DNA of 64,000 nt from contig JALMLS010000015.1 in assembly GCA_038496445.1 (NCBI GenBank), positions 248,001 through 312,000 of the forward strand, written 5' to 3'. The position numbers were made by a program, and so were the translations under genes. Below are positions 50,012 through 63,178 of this stretch, in pieces (position 1 is the first letter of the stretch; every line of letters starts with the position of its first letter). This DNA comes from Trichosphaerium sp. ATCC 40318. Its lineage: Eukaryota; Protista; Tubulinea. Under the pieces are notes generated by a model. It ran no database searches. It worked only from the letters and a program-made list of their open reading frames with translations, and was not told the DNA's origin.

Positions 50012-53000
50012 TTATACTTTATCACATAAGCTTTCGTTTGTATATTTGGATTCTTCTGTTTTGTCTGATTTTTCCTTTTGAGACGATTTCCTCCGTCTTG
50101 AAGATGTTTTTTCAGGTGCTTTCTTACTACTTGCGGAATGCGATTCATCAATACATGAAATCACCTTTCCATTTTCAGTGTCATCTTCGTCACTGCTTGA
50201 AGATTCTTCAGCTGTAGCCACTTTTTGTTTTAACTTTGCTACTTGTGTCTCTAGTGCTTCAATACGTGACCTCATTTGAGAAATAACTGGTGTTTCACTC
50301 TTGAAGTTCATATTACTGGTGGTATGACTCCCATAGGAATTATCTGTCATCGAGTCCTCGTCTTTGGTCATGTAAAACAGCTTTGGAATAAGAAGCACAA
50401 GAACTGAGGACAAAGGCCCAAGAATGATACATAATGACCGTAGAATGTATAACAGCTCTCTATTTGAAGGTCCAAACAACTACAAAGTATCACGTGAGAA
50501 TGGAACCATAATGTAGTTTTCTTATTTTTTCCTCAAAAATAAAAAAAAGAAGAACGTACTTGAATAACAGCGAAAAGATCAACAAAGAAGTTGAGTATAT
50601 AAACAGCCAGTCCAATCAACCTAAAATTTACAGTCAAAATCGACGAAGCAATCAAGCAGTAACTTCAAAAAAAACTACTCGGCTTTTCTTGTGCATTGAA
50701 GTAATCTTAAATTCGATCGTACTTCGATTCGTTGTACAACAGAGATCTCAACTTCCATATTCTTATCACCCAGTAAATTCCATATATAAGAACACACACA
50801 TTGACAACGCCAAGTATCGATACAAATATAATATCCGCCTTTGTATTTTGGCAAGAGTAAAAATCATCTGATAGGACATACTCGTTCTCTATCTGAAGTG
50901 TCCCTTTCCCTCTACTTACTATTGTCCATAATGCGAGTATTACAACTTCTATAGCAAGTATGATACCGATAATAGGAAGAATCTTTGCATTCGTTACTCT
51001 GAATACTTCCAAAGATTTCACCAAAAAGATTTGGCCTATCCTGTAAACACGTGCAAATAAAGCTCCGTAAGTCAACTAAACAAAAACGTAAATAACAATG
51101 GACGTTAAATAGCCTTACACCAAATCCTATAGCAAGAAGCCATCTAAATACATTACAATGAAGATCATTTGTATGAAGAGACCAAAAGAAGACGGAGGAA
51201 TACATCAAAATTGTGCCACACTAAAAAGCATGTTAGCGAGAATATGGTAAAAAAACTAATCACACTTGCCAACATAAGTACAACGAACAACGGTTGAGAA
51301 GCACGGATCACGATATTGTTTCTTGCAATAATCACGAATATTATCAATCCAATTGTTAAAAGTATGACAGCACCAACAATAGCACCAATAATACGCTCAC
51401 TGGTATGCACTAGAAACCACTTAATAAACAATATTCATACAAACATATCAAGTTCGTTTTGACGTACAATACCATCCATAGGTGGTTTGACGTTGATCCC
51501 ATCTTGGTACTGGATATACAACACTCTTTGTGGCAGCAAATAGAGGAGCCACAATTTCATAGTTCAAGTCTTTGTCAAGCTGGTATGTAAGAACGTTTCT
51601 TCCAGCATTTTGACCAAATCTATCTACCTGAAACTCTCCACTAAATCCTCTCATATCCATTGTATCTATTGCAGATTGTATTTTATCTGGATCCATAGAA
51701 CTATTGTTTGTTAGCACTTATCTGAAAAGTTGCGTGGTCACATTTTTACGCAACGACAAAAGAACAACGGAACTTGGAACCCGGAACTTGACACCTATTT
51801 TTAGCGCGTCGCCACCATTAAGTTTACAAACGCTTCTTTTAAGCAAAACAGGTTGTTAAAAAGTACGTACTTTGCTTTCTCTACTGCGTATTGGATTATA
51901 TACCCCATTGTATACCCAGAAGTACCATGATGCCTTGGCTCTCTTCCATATCTATCCTTAAATTTTTTCACAAACTGACGACCTGAGGGGAGAGAAGTTC
52001 CATTGGATATGAAGTGATGGTATCGAACATCAGGGTCTACTTCTTCGTATATTTCAGAACTCAGTCTCTCATCAAACTATAGTGACAATTAAACACTATA
52101 ACTACACAGCATACGCAAAAACACGTACAATACTCCCTGCTACCATAACATACTGTGCGTCTGCACCAATTGTGGCTTGAACTAGCTCGGGTATAACAAG
52201 ACACGGGATAGAAAGTAAAAAAGCCTAAACTAAAAATGATTCACGGAAACAAGTTGAATTCAGCTTACCTTTGGATTAAATCCGAGCTCTCGAGAAAGTC
52301 GTAGTAATGCTGAACATGAGTTCCAAGTGCCCCCAACAAGTACATCTATCTCTTGTCAGTCAAAGGTATACGTATATAAAAGGTTATACATACCTGGTTT
52401 TATCTCAATCAAATCGGAAATCATTTGTCTCAAATCATTTTCTTGACTTTCTAAATCAAACCTACTGCTTATTTGCTTTTGATACACAAGGTCAAGTTTC
52501 AAGAAGTTAATATCTCTCATAGCGCCAAGTGCAATACCAATCAAAGCAGCTAATGAACAGTTACAACAAGAGTAGCTCTTGGTACTCCGCTTTACGTACG
52601 TTCCCAGTAAACTGCAATTCTTTTTGTTCCTTGTATTGTCAGAATATTAAGCGCTTCACCCATGAAAGACAGAGTTGGTATGATAAGCTCTATGGTGTAT
52701 GGCAGACGTCTACCAAATGATGACTCACACGGATATTCGATATTCTCATCACATATAAGTAAAGAAGGTACTCCTGTCGCCGCTAAAAAGGTATGAATAA
52801 TCGTTTGAAGTGAATCAACAAGCGAACACGTATAATCACGTGATTAAATTTTCACGCACGTTCAATGCTATTAATTTTATGGTCATGTCCAACAATAGCA
52901 GCAGGTAGGCCATAATCAATAGACAAAGGCTGAATCGTAATTAATAAAACTTAAACTAGAACAAACACCGGTTTTGTAGATGTGTGCAAACACATCAAAT

Positions 53001-53495
53001 AACCCCATAAAGCATTTTCCAAAAGGGTGGAAGTCGTTTCGTACCAATATAAAAAAATCTACATCATAATCGTTTACCAGTTCTAATGCAGCAGCTGTAG
53101 ATGCGTTCGCTGTAGGCTCTATGGTGAATAATTATAAGTAAAACTGGATGTACAGCAACCAAAGTAGTTAAATGTTATGAAAACTCCGAAACAAGATTGA
53201 TCAGTTTTTCGGTTCGTACCGATTGGCTTGAATATAATTTCGACTTTATACGTCTCGTTGTTTATAAGGAACCCTCCGCGTCTGTTTACCTATGAAATAC
53301 TAAATCAGCCTAATTTTGTTATACGTGGAGTCAAATCACCTCTTCAAGCCATAATTCTTGACCATCACGGGAGTCTATTGAGTCTTGTTTTAATCCGCCT
53401 GATTCGGGGTAAATACTTCCAATCCTGAACACGTTGTCTCCTGAAACAGCCAGACATAATATAGCCACTACAATCAGCAAAGTGGGAGGTTGCAT
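50012..53495 (-). CDS. Class C (GABA-B-like) G-protein-coupled receptor with periplasmic-binding-protein (Venus flytrap) ectodomain
   Basis: Signal peptide; RIGSIYPESG...GQELWLEEVNRRGG ligand-binding fold; 7TM_3 motifs VIRASQPLF, TYGALFARVYRIGQIF, YNESK and LLIPKL; coiled-coil tail. Confidence 0.88.
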
Positions 53496-53936
53496 TTGGG
53501 TGTTAAAGAAAAACTGCACAATACAAAAATCACTAAATGCCTTAACTAAACCTAATTAAGCAGTAGCATAAACTCGTGCTTTTCGTTTTTGTTGTACCCG
53601 CGCTGCGCTACCTGTAAACATAATATTACCTTTTCGGAATGTCGTCAATGAACTACACAAAGTACATTCGCTCTATAGCGCAATTATGCTACGAAGTTTT
53701 TTTAAGGTGGAAGGAAAAAACCTCTACCAAAAAAATGGTTGTATTATATTTCCTCTAAAGTACGCCCATATAATATTATGGTCCTTGTATTTTACATCTG
53801 TTATATTACACGATCAGCTGCAGCATGGAAAAAATACCCTTAGGAGCTGTAGCAGGCAGTATGCACGAATGTTAATCATTCGAAGTACTATTTTTTTTTC
53901 TTGGCTTTGTAGGGTTGTAAGTGAACACTAAGCTGT

Positions 53937-55643
53937 CTATTGAATAGTCAATGTTTTATCACGATATTTATATGATGCGTACGCTTCTATCAAAGGAGGT
54001 AAAGACTTGGAAGACTTGACAGAGCATAGAATAGCCTGTAGTCTAGGTAATATATCTTTACTTTCGTTGCTCAAGGGAGCAGTAGTATCATTGGTGCTGT
54101 AAAGTTATTAGCTTTGCGTAAAGAATAGAGATTAAAAGGTACATGCACTATCATTTTTCACTGCATAGTAGTGTTGGGGAGGAAACAAGAGGACTTATAT
54201 AAAAAATATGTGTACGTACAATAAAGGTTTCAGTAGATCATAATACTCAACCATTTGGTGACATACGTGACTCTCAGCAGCGGGTTTAAGCTCATCTATG
54301 AACTCATATAGTGACACATAATCGTCACCCTCTGCACTACCATAATCAGAATGTACAGTAATCTACACAGAAAGAAAAAAATAAGAAACAACATAATTGT
54401 TTACATAAAACCAAAGAAATAAATCGTACTAATTGTCCTATGATCGCATCTACTTGATGTTGTTTTTCCTTTATAAAAGGATTAAGTTCTTCCATATTCT
54501 TCTCCGTAAATGGAGTATCATTAGAAATATTCTGAACAATTTTTCCAAAAAGAACAAGAACTCGTTGTGCGTCGGCTGAAATTTGCTTTTCTTTACGCTA
54601 ACGTTAGCACAACACCACAGTGTATTTAAGGCGTACCATTGGAGATAATATTATAGCGTTTAGGGGATGTCAACGCAGGTGTTAAAAATCTCAAGAAAAA
54701 CAACGCGCCTACTGCCTGACGCCCATGATCACCAAATTTACCGTATACAGTATCATAAATAGCAGAAAAAATCACAGAAAACCCCCTATAGGTTAAGACG
54801 TAAGTGCGTGCACAAGAGAGAAAGAAATAAAAATAATAAAAATAAATCAAAAAAATCTGAAAAGAAATCTAAAAACATACTGTGGTACGTTACTTATTGT
54901 TGCTTTAATTGTATCCAAGAAAGAGCTAACAATACCACGTAAGTTATCATGTGCATCTTGTAAATCTGAAGGCTTCTGAGACCCATCAAATCTCATTATA
55001 AAAAACTTTTTAGTTGACTTCATTATTTTCTTAACAAAAGGCTTCAACAGTTTCTGTAAGTATGCAGTCCCAAATAAAATAAAGTAATCTGACACCATTC
55101 TAACGCGCATTGTTTTACCACGGAATAATTGATCGTTCGTGCCTACGTCATGTTACATTATGTGCATATCGCGTATAAACACTTATAAATGCTCCAGAGC
55201 GATTTAAAATTGTTTTCGACAAAAGGACAAAAACGGCGAACAAATGCCAAAGTAAGCCACTAAATCATTTCTCACGCACAAGTTAACTCTATATCCCTCT
55301 TTATCGCCCTAATTTGCTGCACGTTAGACTTATTATAGTTAAATGGCGTTACAGTACCATAAAACTAACTTTTCCGCGCTTCTTTCTCGATCAGGTTGCG
55401 CTGCTAGCAGAATTACAGTTGCTTGAGCGAATTTGGCTATGTGGCACGATTTTTGTACAAACGATAACGCGTCAACACACTCATTGGTATGGCGAGTGAA
55501 TATCTAGCCCGTTAATGAATTTATTGTATTATTTGTCTGTTCACCTGTAAAACATCTCTGGGCGCGTAGTGTCGTGCTGAAAGATTAGGAACTACACTGT
55601 CTAACGAAATGGCATTTGTAGTTTGTTTTGTGGCTTTGTTCAT
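53937..55643 (-). CDS. Ras GTPase-activating protein (RasGAP domain)
   Basis: Arginine finger LFRG, GTAYLQKLLKP, VGALFFLRFLTPALTSP, RVLVLFGKIVQNISN. The start is approximate. Confidence 0.85.
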
Positions 55644-56013
55644 CCTATCATGTTATAGCGACAAACTGACCTCTTCAAACAAAGCACGCTAACGTCTTAA
55701 GCAAAAGAATCAGTTAAGGTTTGCATGCAAAAAAAAACAAACACAAATTCTTCGCCAAGAATTTCACGATCATTCGGAACATGCCGATCGATTTAGTTCA
55801 CTAAACTGTATAAGGAACGCGCTGCTTTTTCTAATCAACTTCTGTGGTAATGCTTTAGGTTGCATAGTCTGTAACGTTGTTCAAGTTTTATCTGTATAGT
55901 ACAACCTTGTCACGTGATATCCAACAAGGCACATCTTCAACGATTGATTTTAAACGACTTCGGAAGAAACTGCATTTTTTATTGAAAAAAGGCATTGCAT
56001 CAGATCTCTAAAA

Positions 56014-58366
56014 ATGAGCGTACTCCTTGAGACGTCGCTAGGCGATTTGATTATTGACCTTTTCGTTGATGAGACTCCCAAAGCCTGTACCAATTTCTTA
56101 AAGCTATGCAAGATGAAATACTATAACAACTGTATGTTTCATAACATACAGAAAGACTACGTACTACAGACGGGTGATCCGACAAATACTGGCAAAGGAG
56201 GTGAAAGCGTATGGGGGTACTGAATTTGCAAGCGCCTACGCGATCTAACGCATAATTAGCGTTTTATACGGAGACCAAGCAAAGTATTTTAACGATGAGT
56301 TATCTAACCGTAGACACGATAAAGTTGGTCTAGTAGGCACTTTAAACAACAAACCAGATCAAAATGGCTCTCAAGTACGTATTTTGTTCCAATACTCCTT
56401 TTTTCGTCGCCTAGCAGTACGGACGCCTCAAAAGTATGCGAAAAGCATCAAATACTCACAAAGTATTCTTGACCGCTCCGTTTGGTTATAAAACGCTTCC
56501 AAATCATCTAACGAAGCTGTTTCTTGGTTGAAAACGCCATAATGATTTTTTTTGCGTGTCAACGGCAATGCTTCCTCTGCTAACGTTCACTTTAGTTTTA
56601 CATCACTACAGGCACTGATTTGGACTCACTAGATGACAAACATACAATCTTTGGTCAAGTCGTTGAAGGACTAGATACGCTGGATAATCTTAACAACGTC
56701 TTCACAAAAGATGACGGCACACCCCTACAAGTCATAAGGTTAGTAATCAAGTGTATTTTTAGTCGTGTTTTTTGACGAAAAACTTGGCCAAACAAGGACT
56801 GTTTTTTCTTGGTGTCGTGGAGCACACAGTGTGACTTGTTGAACATCCTTAGTTTACAATTGAGTGGACTATATTTAAATTCAATAATTTCATCATTTGT
56901 CAGTTAAATTGAGAAATCACGTGTGCAACAAAACAAACTAATTTTTTTTTGTTTTTTAGGATTCGTCATACAATTATATTGGCAGATCCTACAAATGACC
57001 CAAAACAACTTGAAGATAATATCCCTTCTCGATCACCTTCACCTGATTTGAGAACTCCTGAAGGAATGTTAGCTGAGGATTATGATCTAGGACAAGTAAA
57101 CCAAGAAGAGATGGAGGAAGTCAGAGAACAAATAGAAGAGGAAGAAGCTAGACGTAGAAAGAGCATGCTTGTTATGGTACTTTTTTTTCTTTGGTTTTTT
57201 TTTTCAGTTACCTTGTTTCGCTCTGCTCATTCTTTTTTGTAGCTTAATGATCTTCCTCATGAACAAATCAAACCTCCAGAGAATGTGTTATTTTTGTGTA
57301 AATTGAACCCTGTAACACAAGAAGAAGACTTAGAGCTTATTTTCTCTCGATTTGGAGAAGTTGTAAGGTATGTTACCTTGATGAGCGTTTAGCTTGTTTT
57401 TCTTACTTATGTTATGATAGTGTAGATATTATGAAAGATCATTTGACTGGTCAGAGTCTATGTTATGGTTTTGTAGAGTTTAAGGAGGATGATCAAGCCG
57501 AACTGGTACAAACCACTTGATTTAATTACTTTTAAGTTGTTTTTTGGTTTTTCCTGCTTGGAAGGTGTATTAAATTCCTAAAAATAATGTCACGCTGTAT
57601 AAGGCGATTTTATTGAACATGATAGAAAACGAGAGATTGTAGGGTTGAGCGAAGAAAACGATATTTCTTTTTTCTTTTATTTTTCGTTTGGGTGTATTAA
57701 TTTACTCTTTGTAGGCATACGCAAAGATGAATAATGTACTTGTTGATGATCGTCGTATTAAAGTAGATTTCAGTCAATCTGTTGCTCCTGTTGTAATGAA
57801 AAATTGGGGTGGATGGCAAAAGTATATGGGTACGGATATTTTCCTCTTTTTTTCAAAACTCCAAAAACCAAATCAAAAAAAAAAAAGTAGAAAACTAAGC
57901 TTTCAAGTGCCTTCCGTCTTTGTTGACTCTTTTATTATTATTATTTGGATAACTTCTATGGTCGTTGCTAACCTTGTTTATTTTAGAACATCAGAATAAA
58001 AAGCATGGAACTAATATTCCTATTCCAAGTCGTAAGAGAGAACGTTCTCCTCCAATGACAAAATCAGGTGACTCTAAAAAAAGGAGAACTGAAGATCGCC
58101 GAGATGTAAGACGAGATGATAGAAGAGATGATAGGCGAGATGATAGAAGAGATCGTGATCGTGATAGATCAAGACGAGGTGGTGGAAGAAGTAATGAAGG
58201 TAGACGTGGTAGAGACGATAGAGATCGTCGAGACAATAGATCAAGAGATGACAGGCGAAGGGATAATAGAAGTGATAGAAGAGATGATTATAAGAGGGAT
58301 GATAGGCGTCGTGATAGACGCAGTAGAAGTCGTGAAAGAAGAGGTAGAGCAAGGGATCGTAGATAA
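56014..58366 (+). CDS. PPIL4: Peptidyl-prolyl cis-trans isomerase-like 4 (cyclophilin + RRM + RD/RS-rich tail)
   Basis: [17 protein letters not shown]...[83 protein letters not shown]. Confidence 0.95.
58095..58363 (+). repeat. Low-complexity coding repeat (RRDD/RD/RS) of the PPIL4 tail
   Basis: AGAAGAGATGAT-like 12-nt units encode RRDD. Confidence 0.8.
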
Positions 58367-58380
58367 ACTCTTTAATTTTT

Positions 58381-58865
58381 TTACAAACCTAAAACCTCAA
58401 AGAGAAGAAACTCGCTGCTGACGTTAACTCTGAGCTCATCGTCACGCGTTTGAAAAAAAAAAAAATTGTAAAATAACAAAAAAACTTTGGTCAGTTTGCT
58501 TGTCTTGTACTTTTTGCTATTTTCATAAGAATACTTTAGCGGTATAGTTCCTATTGACAGAAGACTTACAAAAGTATAACTAGTCCCATCACAGTTTATA
58601 AGCTGAAAGCTACCTGAGATGTCAAAGGTGTCTTGGTTGGTTTCTTTCATCAAAAAATGAAGCACTTGCTCTATGTACAATTTGATATTTGGCTTTGTTC
58701 TATCTGTATTGCCACAAGATGCTGTTGGAATAGAACTGCTTTTTTACCAAAGCTTTGATTAAGGTTGGGAAGCATCGCTTTTTCGACAGTTTCCAAAATT
58801 GAAACTGTCGAAAAAGATTGCTCACTACCAGTACTTTTCTTCGGTACAGCATAGACGAAACTCAA
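58381..58865 (-). CDS. Possible hypothetical protein (incomplete model)
   Basis: Two minus-strand ORFs can be joined by a phase-compatible GT-AG intron; no recognisable domain. Confidence 0.3.
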
Positions 58866-59577
58866 AATGGTTTTCCCAACTATAACTATAGTGTAGTAGA
58901 TGCATATTCAAAATAGAAATTGAAGTTTAAGATGGTTCTGAGGTGAGTAAAAACGTCTCAAAGGATTCTCGACATCCGGTAAATATCAAAGCAAGTACTC
59001 CTTGCAAAAATTTTATCTGCCTACCATTTGTGAGGTTGCAGTCTATATCGGCTCTATGTTGGTGTTCAACTCAACACCAAAAACAATGGGAGTAACTATG
59101 TATTGGGTTGTTATCAAACATAATGAGTACCCAACAACATAAGTTAACAACCCTCGCGGATTTTTGGGAAGAAAATTAAGTGATAATTCTCATTTTCCTC
59201 AAATGTTGAGAATTATTTTGCGTTTGCAAATAGTGGAGCACAAATTTCTTCAAAAATACATTCAGGCTACTACCCTGTGATACTGGCGTAGATTTGCCTG
59301 TGTGAACTAAATTAAGATCAAGATGATTCCTTTTGTGATCTGACGACTTCCTTTTTTTGGTACCGGTTCAAATTCTATCTTTTTACCAAACTCCTTGCTT
59401 TTTATTTTGGTTTTAAAGACAGTACGTGCGCTGTTCTTTGATTTTTCAAACTTAGTACAATTTTTGCTGAATTTGGTGTCTAGTCACGTCTCATTTTTTT
59501 AGGTACGTATTTAGTGCAACACAAGACTTTTAAGTTTTTGTTCTTAAGGAGCTTAAACACAACCTTGAATTATAACA

Positions 59578-62175
59578 ATGACGGCAACAATACCTTTATT
59601 AGTAGTAGTACTAGCACTTATTGCATGTGTTTATAACCAGCAAAGTACTCAAAAACCCAAAACCCTACATTCTGATTTCTTTTGCAGCGGATACGCTACC
59701 TTGCACTGTTCATCTCTCTCCTACTGGAAACGATACTTTGGTACCCAACTTCCCTGTAAGACTACAATAGCTTATTACGGCGTATTAAGGGTAATGGTAC
59801 TATTGGTAATCCATACGCGTCTATTTCCAAGGCAGTGTCATTGAAAGATTGTGGAAACTTGAAGGCAGGAATCAACGCTTGTGTTGTTTGTTTAGCAGGT
59901 ATTGTATACTCAACAGAGTTTATGGATGATTTTCGTGTTTTACTGTTGTTGTTAACTTTGAATAAGATGGTATATATGATTATAATAGAACGGTTCTTCG
60001 CTACAACTCTTTGGAAAGAGGTTGAAAAAAAAAGAAAAAACTCGAAGGAACTTACCCATTTTTGTAGGAAAGCTTATCATCCGTCCTGAGACAAACGCCA
60101 CGGTTCATTACAAAGAAATAGTACAACATTTTTTCAAAACATGAAATCATTTTCACGGCACCCTACCTTGTAGAGTCAACAATCCGTCAAACACGTGTTT
60201 TATTACCATTAATTTTTTAACTTTTAATATGCGCATGTGCAACAACTTTTATTGTTAAAGTATAAAACGTAACGCAACGTCCAGAATATAGTTTTCTCTA
60301 CCCACAAGTATTTACAAGTCTACTTAGGTTTTCGAATACACTACAGGTAACAAACAATAAATAGCTATTTTGATGAAGTGGTTTTTGCTTAGACTGCTAG
60401 GATTTCGTGCCACAGTTATCGCTACATCAAACAGAACATCAAGCAACGAAATTGGTTTATTAGCTACAATAACAGACTTTAACTTATCAGGTACAAATAA
60501 AGCACATTTTCTGGTTTTTTTTCCGTCTATGTTCAACAGCAAAATTTTATATTAACAACAGCTTACAGGGAGATCAGTATTTAGCAGCCGGTCTGGTGTT
60601 TCCCAGTTGAAATTTACAAATGTCGATTTCACCTTTCGTGGGGATATTGCAAGCACTGGAGATATGCTATCTGCATCTTTTGACAACTGCACGATTTCTG
60701 GAACAATGAAAGTACGTTGTATTGTAAGAACCGTTCCCTATTGTTAACAACGCTGGGTATAGATACAAGCTACTACCAGCGCAACAGTTGATATCACCGA
60801 TACTAGTGTAGTTACTTCAGGACACTTTGATGCTACTGGTGCGTATTCCAATGCAATATAACTTATGTCATCTAACTATGGACGAGTATAGGAGATGAAA
60901 TGGTCATAACAGTGAAAAGAACTACAGCTGATCAAAAATCGATGTCTTTTGAAGGGAAAAGCATTAGAATTGAAGACTCATCTTTTACCTGTACCCCTTA
61001 TGGTGCTTGTCTTGATTTGGGGATCAAAAAAAAAGGTGGTTTCACGACAGGTTTACGTATGAGCAATGTATCATTTTATGGTGAACAAACCCAGACGTAT
61101 ATCACCGTTAGAGCAGATATGCAGACAGACGCATACCTTGACAAAATCACTTTCAATTGTGATTCTGTAAGTTCTGGTTTTTTTTTCAGTGAAAATAGTT
61201 TGTTGACTTCTTCCTCCCTTGAACTAATGTTTACTAGAGTGATAGCCCACAAGGAGCGTTAATAGATGTTTATAAATACGGATCTCAAATCAACTTTATA
61301 TTTGATGACATTAGAGCATGCAACAGTGAGTCTCATTGATAGAGTTCAAGTAAAGCTGATAAAGTATGTAGTGTATTGTGAACCTGGAAGTGCTCGAGAA
61401 TTATTCTACGAACCTTGTGAGCTATGTAAAAGAGGCAGTGTAGCAACGGGTAACACTACATCATGCACTAAGTGTAAAGCAGGTATGCAGTGCCAGTCAT
61501 GAGGTGTTTTACTAATTCCATGTAGGTACCTTTTCAAACACCAAACGCTCTGAGTGCATCGAATGTCCAGCTGGCACTTATAGCGGTGTAGAGTATGTGT
61601 TTACCATGGTTATGGTTCCACTAACGTAATGTATAGCTCCGCTACTACCTGTAGTAGGTGTTACAGTCCTTCGTATCAAGATGAGTCTGGGCAAACATCA
61701 TGCAAACCAAAATGCCCTACTGGGTATGAAAGAAAAAATTCTACAACTTGCCTAAAATTGCAAACTTGTAACTCAGGTACGTACTTTCTCGTTCGATTTT
61801 TTATTTTGATCACGTGATTAACTGACTGTATTTTTTAACATAAGGCGAAGCATTGATAGCTGGTAATTGTATTAAGTGCCCTATATGGACTACAGCTGAT
61901 GTAGGTTCATCATATTGCAATAAGTGTAAGTTTACACAAATAATTTGTTTCTACCGTAAGTAGTTCTGATCTTTCTATGTAGTCAGTGGTGTTGGTATTG
62001 CTATGAGCATACTTTCTACTATCCTTTGTTTCGCTTGTTGTGCTGGTACGTAGTGTATTTGTAGTGTTATCCATAAAAGTGATAATGTGTTTTAGGTATC
62101 ATTGTCATTATCATCATTGTTGTATTGAAAAAACAAAAACAAAACAAGGCTAACGCTTATGTGCGAATGCCTTAG
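59578..62175 (+). CDS. Cys-rich single-pass membrane protein with GCC2/GCC3 (ephrin-receptor-like) repeats
   Basis: Signal peptide MTATIPLLVVVLALIAC; CEPGS, CKRGS, CKAGTF, CPAGTY and SYQDESGQTSCK repeats; TM helix; NAYVRMP* tail. Confidence 0.75.
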
Positions 62176-63178
62176 AAGCCTATTTTGCAAAGAATTATAA
62201 AGGACAGTTAATATTCATCCAATAAACGTTGTCCCCTTTCTAAGAAATGCTTATGTTGTTTAAACAATCTTGAGAAGCTCAGTAATTACCGAGCTATTGT
62301 CTCAGTTGATACCAGTGCTTGAGATTTATTAGGTAAGAATGTAAGTATGCGAGCACACTCAGTGCCATTGTTGTGTCTAGATTGTTATTATGGACAGCAG
62401 GCAAGGTTGAGGAATTCAAAAAAACCATAAAATAGATTGTGACTGAAGCCAAGAAAAGTCCAGCGTGATTTTGGTAAATAATATCAGATTATTGAACAAC
62501 TTGACGGCTGTTCAACAATAGTCTTACATCAAACAGCAGAAAATATTGTTAATAATTCAATTAATGTTATAGTGCATGCTGAATAAACTCCACATTTTAT
62601 TCATCATCCTGCTAAAGTTTATTGGAACAAAGAAAAGTTTGTTGTGTTATTTTTTTTTTACTTGTTCTCAATTTTTCTAGAGTGAGCTTGCAATACTATC
62701 ATCTTGGCGACCAACACATTATTCATAAAATATTTCAAAGGGTCGCTTACATGGAAACTAAAAAACACTGAAAGACGTCACTCGCTGTATTTTTAGCTTC
62801 AAAAAGAAAAATCCAATAAAACAAAACATAAAGATACAAAAATATCCAACTCTTACTTGACTTAACACATTGTTCACGTTGCAACAATAATGGATATAGT
62901 ATTAATGTTTGTTTAATAATAATTTAAAACGTCTTAATGAGGACATCCACATCTAATGGCATTTCGTGAATATTTTTCAATATACTCTTCAACTGCTATT
63001 GTTGATTTATCAAAGACAATAACAACTTGTATTTACGAGTGACGACCATCCTGTCACATTCATTTGACAATTCCAAGGTGATGTTGCTATGGGTATGTAC
63101 AATTGTTGTTTCTAATCACAGAACAAAGAAAAAACAAAGAAGGCAAGAGAAGAAGTGAGAAAAGAAAATCTATTACTT

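Noticed and set aside
57991-58421. Alternative-frame and antisense ORFs over the PPIL4 tail (likewise 14654-15774 and 63393-63584)
   Set aside because: By-products of low-complexity coding repeats.
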